From: Spirochaetia bacterium
GTDB taxonomy: Bacteria; Spirochaetota; Spirochaetia; DSM-16054; Sediminispirochaetaceae
Assembly (NCBI GenBank): GCA_034520965.1
Contig: JAXHMY010000008.1
Span: 1-64,000, forward strand
DNA: 64,000 nucleotides
Direction: 5' to 3'
Positions 10,967 through 21,540 of this stretch are shown one piece after another (positions within the stretch are counted from its first letter, which is position 1; the number at the start of each line of letters is the position of its first letter). The position numbers and the translations under genes are program-made. The notes under the pieces were generated by a model. That model ran no database searches. It saw nothing but the letters and a program-made list of their open reading frames with translations, and was not told the origin of the DNA.

Positions 10967-12208
10967 ATGGAAACGAATTCTTTACTATCCAGTGACCTTT
11001 TTCAGGGAGTACTCGAACGACTACCCGAACTCGGGCTGTGTACCGGATCAATTTATCAGTATGAACGGGCATTCGCACGAATTTGGTGCTTTTTCGAAAT
11101 GGAGGAAATGAGTTCTTACACCGAGACGATGCATGAACGTTTCATGGAGCACGTCGAGGAATGCTACCAAAAGGGACAATATGGGCGTTCACGAAGAAAT
11201 CACCTGAGGCGGGCCGCTTTCATACTGCGGGATTATGCCGCATCGGGATCAGTTGCATGGCCTAAATACGGTGGTTTGGCGGTTCCTCGAGGGCCGGAAG
11301 CGGAGGAGTTCGTCCTGCTGTATTCCGAATTTCTTGGTGATCTGCGGCAACGTGGCAAGAGCTCAAACACGATACAGTCATCAAGAAACATCATACGGCA
11401 GTTCCTCATGTTTCTGGAAAATAGCGGGTACCACAACCTGTCAACGGTACCTCCTGCTTCTGTACCCCTATTCTTCCGACATCTACTGGCCACCTACCAA
11501 TCTACAAGTATACGGACCGTCGCCTCACACGTTCGTTCGTTTCTTACATACGCCGAAGATGAGCCGCGTCTTGTCCGCGCGGTTCCATCACGTTGTGTCA
11601 GGAAGAATCCGATCGTACCGATTCTTTCGGAAGAAGAAAATTCAGCTCTCAAGCGTCTATTGCAGACGGATATGGTGTCGCTACGGGATAACGCCATTAT
11701 CACATTGGCACTCCGTACCGGCTTGAGGGCGATCGACATCGTGAATATGAAATTGTCGGATATCGAGTGGATACACGAAAGCATCGTTATACCCCAGGTG
11801 AAGACTCGGAAGCCTTTCCGGATTCCATTGACCGTCGACGTCGGGAATGCGCTCAGTCGTTATATTCTCGAAGAGAGACCCCAAGTGGACAGCCGGCATG
11901 TATTTCTTCGTGTCCAGGCGCCGTTCAGACCGTTATCCGGTCATTCACCGTGCTACGCTATAGTGCGCAAGGCCTTTCACCAAGCGGGAATCAGACTCGG
12001 TTCCGAGAGAAAAGGGATACACCTGATCCGTCATTCCGTCGCCTCGAGACTGTTGGCGAAAGGGGTAGCGGTAACGACTATAGCGTCAATGCTTGGCCAT
12101 TCCAACAAGACATCTACCGAAGTATATCTATCAACGGATCAAAACCGCTTACGAGAGTGTGCGCTTAATCTTGCCGGGATTCCACTGTCTCTTGGAGAAC
12201 TGAAATGA
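10967..12208 (+). CDS. ritA: RIT tyrosine recombinase A
   Basis: RTGLR, HLIRHSVAS, LGHS, TEVY motifs; AGGAGG RBS. Confidence 0.9.
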   Translation: METNSLLSSDLFQGVLERLPELGLCTGSIYQYERAFARIWCFFEMEEMSSYTETMHERFMEHVEECYQKGQYGRSRRNHLRRAAFILRDYAASGSVAWPKYGGLAVPRGPEAEEFVLLYSEFLGDLRQRGKSSNTIQSSRNIIRQFLMFLENSGYHNLSTVPPASVPLFFRHLLATYQSTSIRTVASHVRSFLTYAEDEPRLVRAVPSRCVRKNPIVPILSEEENSALKRLLQTDMVSLRDNAIITLALRTGLRAIDIVNMKLSDIEWIHESIVIPQVKTRKPFRIPLTVDVGNALSRYILEERPQVDSRHVFLRVQAPFRPLSGHSPCYAIVRKAFHQAGIRLGSERKGIHLIRHSVASRLLAKGVAVTTIASMLGHSNKTSTEVYLSTDQNRLRECALNLAGIPLSLGELK

Positions 12209-13167
12209 GCCCCCGGTATTGCAGTGTTTTCGCCTCCGATCTTAAGGATTTTGTCGCATTGAAACGAGCGGCAGGATACCGCTATGAAAGCGCCGAGTAT
12301 TCGCTGTGGCGGTTTGATCGATATGCGTGCAAGCATGCGGAAGACGGATGTTTTTCCCGAGAGCTGATCCTTGTGTGGGCACAAGCTACAAACGAAAAAC
12401 CGGCATCCCACAAAGTACGGATATCACCGGTACGAGAGTTCGGCAAATACCTCCAATCGATTGGGATTTCCGAAGCGTTTGTGCTTCCCACCGGGTTGCA
12501 CCGTAAAACTGCGCGCTATGTACCGCATTTCTTCACCAAAGATGAGATTTTCTCATTTTTTCATGCCTGCGACAGTTTGAAACCTCACGGTTCGTTCCCC
12601 ATTCGACATTGGGTCCTGCCGGTCTTGTTCCGACTGCTGTATTGCTGCGGTTTGCGCACGTGTGAAGCGCGAACGTTGCGGGTCGAGGATGTTGATTTAC
12701 ATCTCGGGCAGATCGATATCGTTGCTTCGAAACAAGAACGAAGCCGTCGAATACCAATAGGTCGCGATCTCCTGGAACTCTTGCAAACGTACAATACGCA
12801 GATATCGACCGTATACCAGGACAGAATCTTCTTTTTCCCCACGACACCATCGCGCTGCTATGCGCAATCAAGTCTGGGTATAGCGTTTCGGAAAATCTGG
12901 AATACGGCAGTGCCTGGAGGCGGGTACGGGAATAAGGCTCGTGCCTATGATTTCAGACATCACTTTGCACTCACTAATCTGAATAGATGGGTAGTCGCCG
13001 GCGCCGATCTCAATAGCATGCTTCCCTATCTCAGTACGTACATGGGGCACGCGTGTCTGCAGAGCACCGACTACTACCTTCACCTCGTACCCGAGTTCTT
13101 CCACACGTTTCGCGAGAAGCTGCGAAGTACAGAAAATCTCATTCCGGAGTTTCGCCATGACCAGTAA
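12205..13167 (+). CDS. ritB: RIT tyrosine recombinase B
   Basis: CGLRTCEA, YDFRHHFA, LSTYMGH, TDYYL; ATGA overlap with gene A. Confidence 0.9.
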   Translation: MSPRYCSVFASDLKDFVALKRAAGYRYESAEYSLWRFDRYACKHAEDGCFSRELILVWAQATNEKPASHKVRISPVREFGKYLQSIGISEAFVLPTGLHRKTARYVPHFFTKDEIFSFFHACDSLKPHGSFPIRHWVLPVLFRLLYCCGLRTCEARTLRVEDVDLHLGQIDIVASKQERSRRIPIGRDLLELLQTYNTQISTVYQDRIFFFPTTPSRCYAQSSLGIAFRKIWNTAVPGGGYGNKARAYDFRHHFALTNLNRWVVAGADLNSMLPYLSTYMGHACLQSTDYYLHLVPEFFHTFREKLRSTENLIPEFRHDQ

Positions 13168-14187
13168 TAACAGGAAATCTGAACGGCAATTTTGGCAGTA
13201 TGTTCGTTCGTACCTTACCGTCTATCTACCCAGAATCCGTTGCCTCAGCCCGAAAACATCCGAATCATACAGGCAATCGATCGCAACGTACTGCACGTTT
13301 CTCAAGGAGACGTGCCAAACCGAATTCTCTGCTATCTCGTTCAGCCATTTCGACAGAACGACAGTCGTTGAGTTTCTCCAATGGTTGCGCCGACGAAACT
13401 GCCGATCAACAACGTGCAATCTCAGACTTTCTGCGATCAAGTCGTTTCTCAAGTACTGTGCCGACGAGGACCTGCGTCTATATTCCATGTATCTGGAGAT
13501 CAAAAGCGTTCCCATGATGAAGGTTCCGAAGTCGACGATTCAATACTTGTCGGAACCGGCAATGAAAGCCATATTGGCACAAGCAAGTGGAAAAACCACG
13601 AAGGCTGCGAGAGACGGAATGTTGTTGATTATGCTATACGACACTGGATGTAGAGTGCAGGAGCTTGTGGACCTGAAAGTTGGGATCTTAACCTGGCAGT
13701 AGGCGATCCGTTCGTGATCGTGACGGGAAAAGGAAACAAACCAAGAAGCATCCCCCTTATGGACAAGACCGTTTCACACTTGAGGAAGTATATAGACCGG
13801 TTCCATCCTAACGAGGTGTCTGTAAACTCTGCTCCACTATTCTATTCCATACACCGGGGTAATCCGCGCTCGCTGTCTACCGATGCGGTTAGCGTAATAC
13901 TCAAAACGTGTGGTGAAAGGGCCGCGAAAACATGTCCGGATGTTCCTGATAGAGTTAACCCGCACCTTATCAGGCACACTCGAGCGATGCACCTTTATCG
14001 CGCCGGCATGCCGCTATCCTATGTCGCGGAATTTCTCGGACACGCAAGTATTACCACTACCGAGATTTACGCTACCGCAAGTACCGACATGCTCCGCAAC
14101 GCACTGGAAACGGCTGATCCTGATATCGCCGGTGAAGTGCCGTCATGGAAGAACGAGGAAACCTTGCGGAGGCTGTGCGGATTATAG
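13157..14187 (+). CDS. ritC: RIT tyrosine recombinase C (frameshift near 13690)
   Basis: YDTGCRVQEL; GKGNKPR; PHLIRHTRAMHL, LGHA, TEIY. Confidence 0.88.
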
Positions 14188-14312
14188 CCACAAAACATTA
14201 TGCCGAAGTTTTTGCGGCTATTTCGTTTCAAAGAAAGTAGAAGCACATCGTTTTCGGCATTACGCTTTCTTCGGCATAATCGAGGTTATCCCGAATTCGG
14301 GATAACCTTGAT

Positions 14313-14990
14313 AATGGCCATGTGTACATCGCTTCTCACTTCGCCTTCATCCTGGCGCAGCTGGGAATCAAAAAGATCCACCATGGTCCCTACAGAAGTT
14401 GGGCCAAAGGCAAGGTGGAGTCGGTGATGAAGACGATCAAACGGGACTTCCAGGCCGAGGCCCAGCGGGCCGGATTCAAGACCCTCGAAGAACTGAACAG
14501 CGCCCTGTGGGCATGGCTGGAGGTGGAGTACAACCGCCGAAACCACTCATCTACCGGAGAACCACCGGCGGGGCGTTTTGAAAAAGGCCTTCCTCCGGGC
14601 CATCGTCGGGTGCAGGACCTCCAGTGGTTCGAGAACCTCTTCTTGCTGTATGTGTATCGAAAAGTCGCCAAGTGGGGCACCATCAAGTTCGAGGGCAACC
14701 AGTACCACACCGAAGCGGCCGCCGGAAGCACTATCGAAGTGCGCTACAACCCCTTCGACTTGCGGAAGGTATGGCGCTTTGAGGACGGGAAGAAGGTCGA
14801 AACTCTCGGGCTTAAGAAACTGGTCAACCCCGCCGTGGAGAAGCTTCCCGAAGAGCGACAAGCAGCCGAGCGGAAAGTCAGCGCCGAGGCGGCCGGCTAC
14901 TTCGCCTCCCTTCGCCAGCGGCAGGCCGAGCTCGACCGCCGAGGCGCGGCGGTCAACTATCACAAACTCAAAGAGGAGGGGCGGGGATGA
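14313..14990 (+). pseudogene. DDE transposase, C-terminal part (Mu transposase C-terminal-like)
   Basis: Resumes NGHVY...KGKVES...YNRRNHSS...VRYNPFD; joins YLD|NG in frame to give about 461 aa. Confidence 0.88.
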
Positions 14991-15772
14991 GAGAGGCAAT
15001 ACTGAACCACTACGGGTTCTCACGGCTGCCCTTCGGCAAAGACATAGACGGGGAGAAGATTTTTCACACCGAAGAGCTTAGCCGTACTGCTGCAATGCTC
15101 GAGCTCGGCATCGAGAGTGAAGACGTGATGCTCTTAAGCGGTCCGATCGGCTGCGGGAAATCACTGATCATCCGCCACGGCCTTGCCGGACTCGACACCA
15201 ATCGCTACCAGCCTATCTACCTGCGCGGCAACATCTCCGGCGAGGGGGAGCTGGTGAAGGCGCTGCTGCGGGGGATGAAGATCGAACCACCACACTCGCT
15301 CGGCAAGGCGAAACCGGCCTTCTTTTCTGCGGTCGAGGAGAACCCGCGCAAGCCGGTGGTCGTCCTCGACGACGCCCAGGATATTGCCGAAGAAGCGCTC
15401 GTGTCGATCAAGGCACTGACGAACTTCGACTCCGACTCACGGAACCGAATCACCTTCATCCTTACAGGCCAGCCGGAGCTGCGGACCCTTCTCAGCTACT
15501 CCCACTTCGACTCCCTTCGCGCCCGCATTCGCCTCTCCCACCACCTCTCGCCGATGAGCCTGGAGGAGACCGCCTCCTACATCGACCACGGTCTCGAGGT
15601 TGCCCATCGTAAAGAAAAGCTTTTCTCGGATGCGGCGAAGATGGAAATATTCAAACGAACAAACGGAATTGCCAGACAAATAAATCGGATTTGTTACAAC
15701 GCTATCGTCACCGGTACAATACAGGAAAAGAACCTAATTGACTCCTCGGACCTCCCGGCCGATGAGTTGTGA
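14987..15772 (+). CDS. ExeA-like AAA+ ATPase (transposition helper)
   Basis: GPIGCGKS, VVLDDAQ, ILTGQPEL, TNGIARQIN. Confidence 0.9.
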   Translation: MREAILNHYGFSRLPFGKDIDGEKIFHTEELSRTAAMLELGIESEDVMLLSGPIGCGKSLIIRHGLAGLDTNRYQPIYLRGNISGEGELVKALLRGMKIEPPHSLGKAKPAFFSAVEENPRKPVVVLDDAQDIAEEALVSIKALTNFDSDSRNRITFILTGQPELRTLLSYSHFDSLRARIRLSHHLSPMSLEETASYIDHGLEVAHRKEKLFSDAAKMEIFKRTNGIARQINRICYNAIVTGTIQEKNLIDSSDLPADEL

Positions 15773-15802
15773 GCTTCTCTCGTTTTGGGTTTGTCGATGG
15801 CT

Positions 15803-15834
15803 GGAATTACCGCAGGTAACCCTGCGGTAATTCC
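15803..15834. terminator. Perfect 14-bp-stem hairpin after the ATPase gene
   Basis: GGAATTACCGCAGG-TAAC-CCTGCGGTAATTCC. Confidence 0.55.
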
Positions 15835-15924
15835 GCACATTTACAAGGGGAAAGCTATTCTGTCAAGTTGAGGAAATTGCCTCAGACAAGTTGGGGAAAC
15901 TTCTCTTGGCGGGGAACAGTTTGA

Positions 15925-17831
15925 CCGAAGTCTTCAGGCTGAATCGGATAACCTTTGGGCCTCTATGCAATATTATCCAAAAAAGATGATGATTGAGTTT
16001 ACTGAACTTGATCAGGAATCCGTTCGCAGTATGTTTCGTTCGCTCTTTGATGAGAATAAGTCTTTAGAGGAGAGAATAAATACCTTTATCGAAAAGAGTG
16101 ATGAGTTTCTGTCTTATCTGAACAAAATGAAGCCACAAGAAAAAGAAAGAAAACAGCATTATCACAAAGATGTAAGGGCAATTGCACTCTATTTAACCTT
16201 CCGTTACCCCGGAAAATACTACCTCTACAAATTCCGAGAGACAAAACAATTCCTCTCTCAATTCACCAATCAAACTCTATCAATGGGATGGGAACCAGCG
16301 GAGAAGTATTCTTTCTATCTACGCAATGCTAATGAACTGAGAGATATACTCACCGCAGATAAGAGTCTAGTAGAAACTTATGAAAAATGGTTGAAGGATA
16401 ACGACTTCATCGATCCAAACTATACCTTTCTCACTCAAGACTTTCTCTTCCAAACAACTTATAAAGACTGGGCAGAGGAGATAGAAAAAACATCTGTTAA
16501 GATTGAAACAACTAAGAATGAAGCAGTTGAATTACCTTCAAAGAATGTTATCTATTATGGTCCTCCAGGTACAGGGAAAACATATTTTCTCCGTAATCAA
16601 CTCATCAAACAATACTCTGAAGAGAGACCAATAAAGAGTAAAGAAGAGCAACTACAGACGATCGCTTCTAAATATTCATGGTGGCAGATAGTAGGCGCTG
16701 CCTTATTAGAACTTGGAAAAGCACATGTCGCCGAGATTGTAGTACACCGATTAGTGCAATCTAAAAACGAGATTTCAAATCAAAAGAATACTCGTGCTAT
16801 GGTCTGGGCAATGCTACAAATGCACACCGTCACCGATTGCGAGCATGTAAACTATACGAGAAGAGCTGAACCACTTTTCTTCTACAAAGAGAAGGACTCA
16901 GTATGGAGTATACGTGAAGAGATTGTTAAGACAGAAGTTCCAGAGTTGTATCAAATATTGGAGGAAGAGGAGAAGTCTCAAAATGAAGAGATACAAATCA
17001 ATAGATACGATTTTATTACCTTCCATCAAGCCTATTCATATGAAGACTTCGTTGAAGGCATTAGACCAATGCTCTCACAAGATTCCGATGAACAGGTTTC
17101 GGGAGAACTTGGATATGTCATTAAACCCGGTATTTTCAAACAAATAGTGGAAAAAGCAAAACAGGATAAAGATCAAAAATATGCGCTGCTCATTGACGAG
17201 ATAAACAGGGCTAATGTATCTGAAGTATTTGGAGAGTTGATTACCCTTATTGAAGATGATAAGAGACTTAAACAGTCCAACTCAATGCAGGTGAAATTAC
17301 CATATTCGGAAGAGATGTTTGGGATACCCAATAATCTCGACATAATAGGCACAATGAATACCGCTGATAGAAGTGTTGAGGCTTTGGACACCGCTCTAAG
17401 GAGAAGATTTTCATTCATTGAAATGGAACCTGATCCAACTTTACTCGCGGAATCTCCTCATGCAGTAGAAGAAATTGAATTGGATAAATTGCTCTCAACT
17501 ATAAACGCTCGGATAGAAAAATTATTAAATCGAGATTACCGTATTGGGCATGGGTATTTCACAAACATCTATGAACAAGAAGAATTGGAAGAGGGCCTAC
17601 GAATAATTTTTAAGCACAAAATTATCCCCCTTCTGCAAGAATACTTCTATGATGATTGGGGTAAAATTGGACTTGTGTTGGGAAAAGACTTTATACGAAG
17701 AGAACATGAAGACATTACCTTCGCTGAATTTGATGATGATACTTATGAATATTTTGAAGAAAAGTCTGTCTACCGGATACACTGATCCATCTACATGGTC
17801 ATTAGAATCCTTTAAAAGTATCTATGAATAA
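15925..17831 (+). pseudogene. mcrB: mcrB 3' part: McrB-family AAA+ GTPase
   Basis: YGPPGTGKT, TFHQAYSYEDFVEG, IDEINRAN, MNTADRS, ALRRRF; small frameshift near 17785. Confidence 0.9.
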
Positions 17832-19029
17832 TAGACGTGTCATTACCGTTTACGAGCACCAAGACCTCAAAATACGTAACACCAGTCTACGAGAGAGAGG
17901 ATGTACAATTACTTTTCAGCCCATACACTTAAAACGAGAGAACAATTCTTCCAGGTTCGCTACTCTTCGATAAATTTTCCAATTACGTTGGGATTATTAA
18001 AGTTGGTAACGTCATAATCGAGGTACTTCCAAAAATAGACTACGTCGAAGGGGAGAACAATTTTTGGAGATCCGTACTAATAGAAATGCTCCAAATTTCT
18101 AGGCTTTATTCCAAAAATATTCAATGATCGAGTGGAGATTTCTTCTTACACCTCTTCACTTCTCGATATTCTTTTTCTCCACTATCTGAAAATGGTTGAA
18201 AATATTGTTGAGAAAGGACTCTTGAAAACATATGTTCATAAAGAAGAAAATAAAAATGCGATAAAAGGAAAAATACTCATTGGGGAGAATATTAAGAAAA
18301 ATTACGCTCATAAAGAACAAGCCTATTGCGATCACTCGGTTTTTACCTCCAACAATATCTACAATGGAATAATTAAAAAAACTTTATCGCTTATTTCAAC
18401 GACCACAACACAACCGATAATTTCTTCAAAATCACGATCTTTACTCCTACATTTTGATGGGATTGATGATGTGAAAATTGCATCAGAAAAAATATTTGAA
18501 AAAATGCCGGAGGGGAGAAAATATCAATACTACCGGGATGTGATGGCACTATCATAACTTATACTTTTTGGAAATAGTATTACCCTCAACAAAGGTCAAA
18601 ATAATGTATTCTCAATGTTTTTTGATATGAACCTGCTCTTTGAAAAATACATAGGAAAAATGTTTAAGAGGGCATTGGGGAGGATGGTAAAACTGCAGAG
18701 TGGAAAATACTTTTGGGAGTATAAGCGGATAAGACCTGATATCATCATAGAAGACGAGAGAAATATCGCTATTGATACAAAATGGAAGATTAGTGGACAA
18801 GGTCCAATCGATGCTGATCTGAAACAGATGTATGTCTACAATAGATACTTCAATGCTGATAAGGCCATTCTTTTCTATCCCTACCATACAAACTTCAGTA
18901 GAACAGGGTGGAGCGTTTCGAGATGGTAGTGGTACATGTAGCCTAATGAGCATCAACATCTTCAATGAGAACGGCCGTTTGAAGAAAGACTTAACAGAAG
19001 AGATTGAGACTATGGTTGGCGAGAATTAG
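17824..19029 (+). CDS. mcrC: McrC-family PD-(D/E)xK nuclease subunit (frameshifted)
   Basis: ITVYEH start; FDMNLLFEKY; RPDI...IDTKWK...ADLKQMYVY. Confidence 0.85.
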
Positions 19030-19351
19030 TCCCACCGGGTGTACTCTTTTTCATCCGGGACAAGTGGCTCAATAGAAAATAGTACATATCAAACACAATT
19101 GTTATATTTTTTGCAAATGTATTGATTACAGCCACTGATGCAAGCACGAGGATCACACCAGAGAGCTTCAATTTGCTTCGATATATTTTCATACATCTTT
19201 GAATAGAAAAGCTCGCCACAGCTTCTCACGAATTTCTGAGATGATTTTTACACTACCTGTGAGAGTGCACAATCACATGTTTTTATGAAGTGTAGAAAGG
19301 AAAATTTCTTCACCACTGTATAAATGCTTGTCTCGAATTCACTTACCTAAC

Positions 19352-19554
19352 TTATAAACAACTTATTAACAAGGATGGTAAAGATTCTTTACCACCTCAA
19401 GATTTTATCTCATCAAGTGGTAAAGTTTCTTAACCAGTAGTGGTAAAGTTTTTTTACCACTCCGCCTCAAAAGTGGTAAAGATTCTTTACACTATTAAAT
19501 ACATTAATAAATACAAAAATACAGGGAATCCTCAAAGCAAAGACTTGTGGATAA
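19352..19554. other. Putative replication origin: four palindromic iterons plus DnaA-like boxes
   Basis: TGGTAAAGATTCTTTACCA-like units at 19376, 19418, 19441, 19474; consensus DnaA box TGTGGATAA at 19546-19554; TTATAAACA/TTATTAACA at 19352/19363. Confidence 0.55.
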
Positions 19555-19754
19555 CTTCCCATTATTCAGAATCACGAGAATCACTTCTGGGCGCTTCAAA
19601 TAAATTCAATGTGTTTATATACAAATTTACACCAAAAACTTCACCTCGGCTCTCCTCGTGTCTCTGGAGTAAATTCTGTGCAATGTCTGTAAGTTTAGAG
19701 ATGCAGAAGATGAATATACTATTACACATAAAGCCTGATGTGAGGATCAACTTA

Positions 19755-20327
19755 ATGAGTTTAGAAATTGCTTTCCACGATTTACTTTTTCAATACATCA
19801 ATGGGTATGTACTCTTCCCAAACTACCTTGTAGACATCATACAACCAATCTGTAGCTCATCAACCTGGAAGGTCTTATCTGTGGTTTGGAGAGAGTTGAT
19901 TGGAAGACAAGTATGGGAAGACAATATATCGTTGAGAAAAATACAGAAGCATACAACAATATCGCGCCCGGTGATAATTGCATCTTTGAATCAGTTGGAA
20001 GAGTATGAAATCTTAATCATTCAAAGAAACTATTCTTCTCATAAAGGGGGCAGGCCGAATACATTGAAAATAAACAAAACAACTTTATACCTTTTATACC
20101 AACTCGAGAAAGAAGGCTACCATCATTTATCGGTTGAAGAGTATTTTTCAGTTCTAAAATACAAAGAAGATAATTCAGAAGAGTTGATCACTATCACTCC
20201 AAAAATGTGGGAAGAATTATTACAGAAAATTGGTAGTAAAAAATCCTTGTCAAAAAATTCTGAAGGTTATACTATTAACAACAAGGAGGGAGAAAATGCA
20301 GGCGAAAATAATTCCCTTTCCGAGTGA
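19755..20327 (+). CDS. Phage/plasmid replication-initiator-like winged-HTH protein
   Basis: FPNYLVD...WKVLSVVWRELIG...ISLRKIQKHTTISRPVIIASLNQLEE; GAGGA RBS. Confidence 0.6.
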   Translation: MSLEIAFHDLLFQYINGYVLFPNYLVDIIQPICSSSTWKVLSVVWRELIGRQVWEDNISLRKIQKHTTISRPVIIASLNQLEEYEILIIQRNYSSHKGGRPNTLKINKTTLYLLYQLEKEGYHHLSVEEYFSVLKYKEDNSEELITITPKMWEELLQKIGSKKSLSKNSEGYTINNKEGENAGENNSLSE

Positions 20328-20450
20328 AGAAGAAGATCCTGAAGAATACATCACGATTACTGTTTTTGGTGAAGACTACCACATTAAGAGAAAATATCAC
20401 GGAAAGTTTTTTGCTCTTGTCGATAGCCTACTCAAACACCTCAGAAAAAG

Positions 20451-20759
20451 TCAGCTGGTATAATATAATTCTTGATATTCTTCTGTTATCAACTCACCAT
20501 TTTCCGCTACAAATACCACTATTTCAGTTTCTTCAACCTCCATTTCCAAAGAGATTTTACCACCTTCAGAAACTTTGACTAATTTATCAAGAAAGTAGGT
20601 AACAGTTGGAAAAGAGAAATAACTGTGTAAGTACCGATAGCCCTTCTTTTTCTCTACTGGATGATCGTCCACAAACTGATCTAAATAGGTATCCACCTTC
20701 TCAGCAAAACCTTCCTCTTCTGACTCAAAATTAAGATGCATGTAAATCCCTGCGCCCAT
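20451..20759 (-). CDS. Hypothetical protein
   Basis: ORF with AGGAGG RBS. Confidence 0.5.
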   Translation of the reverse strand: MGAGIYMHLNFESEEEGFAEKVDTYLDQFVDDHPVEKKKGYRYLHSYFSFPTVTYFLDKLVKVSEGGKISLEMEVEETEIVVFVAENGELITEEYQELYYTS

Positions 20760-20929
20760 GTAATCCTCCTTATAAATTGTTGTAATCCAAATACTTGTAC
20801 TATACTATTCTATCTTTTCCTTTTCAAATCCACAGTATGTTTTTATATTAATTGGTTTTGAAGTTCTATCAATTTTGTACCGTTTGAGCAAGTATTTTTC
20901 CATTTGGTCATGATAGAAAAATATTAACC

Positions 20930-21388
20930 TTAATTGTTTTTACTTGTATGAGGTTTTTTCTGTTCGATGCCGATGTGTAAGGTTATAACCAATTCTGAAG
21001 TGTGAATAATTCTATTAACTTCTGTCTGGTCTAATGAACTAATAATTATTCTTCTAATTTCAAAGCCACGATATGTCCATCCTTTGATTGTTCTTGAGGT
21101 TCTATATAAGTTGTACTCTTCGAAAACTCTATCTGCTCTTTTGAGAATCCTTGTCAGACTTGTTTTTGTGATGCTCCTATCTCCATAATAGTGAGCATAC
21201 TCATTCCATAGTTGATCATTAGAAAGAAATATAGAATCTCCTATCTCTTTGTCAGATAATTCTGAACAATATTTGTGGTATACATAATCAATAAACTCTT
21301 CCAATCCTAACTCCTTGTTTTTATATTTATATATGCACAGATGGTTACAGGTTACACAAATAGGGTATAAATATTTTAGTCTGATCAA
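20930..21388 (-). CDS. Small protein paralogous to the primase C-terminal domain
   Basis: IFLSNDQLWNEY...KTSLTR...GWTYRGFEI resembles primase IFKTSEEITNKY...KASVAR...GKTYRGFEI. Confidence 0.55.
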   Translation of the reverse strand: MIRLKYLYPICVTCNHLCIYKYKNKELGLEEFIDYVYHKYCSELSDKEIGDSIFLSNDQLWNEYAHYYGDRSITKTSLTRILKRADRVFEEYNLYRTSRTIKGWTYRGFEIRRIIISSLDQTEVNRIIHTSELVITLHIGIEQKKPHTSKNN

Positions 21389-21540
21389 TAATAAAACAAC
21401 CTGAACATCTTAATATATATAAGTGTAACTTATGTAACTATGTAACTTTTAATGTTTTTTAACTCTAAGAACAAAAAAAGCATCCCAAATGACGTTTTTT
21501 TAATAAAAAAGTGTAACCTAAACAGTGTAACTTGTGTAAC
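21344..21540. repeat. TGTAAC iteron cluster in AT-rich DNA downstream of the primase (candidate ori)
   Basis: TGTAAC at 21424, 21433, 21441, 21512, 21526, 21535; inverted GTTACA at 21344 and 21351. Confidence 0.65.

Larger units (their letters stand above)
10802..14312 (+). mobile_element. RIT element (recombinase in trio)
   Basis: Three overlapping tyrosine recombinase genes; 95-bp inverted repeats at 10802-10896 and 14192-14286 (1 mismatch) containing T(T/A)ATGCCG motifs; 34-bp palindrome at 14279-14312. Confidence 0.92.
9269..15918 (+). mobile_element. Three-gene Mu/Tn552/IS21-like transposon (DUF6431-like ORF, DDE transposase, ExeA-like ATPase)
   Basis: 24-bp TIRs TGTTCCCCGCCA(G/A)GAGAAGTTTCC at 9269-9292 and 15895-15918; 6-bp TSD GTTTGA at 9263-9268 and 15919-15924; GC-rich. 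Confidence 0.92.

Noticed and set aside
19440..19754. N-terminal extension of ORF 19440-20327
   Set aside because: It reads through iterons and AT-rich DNA; ATG 19755 has an RBS and begins the recognisable domain.
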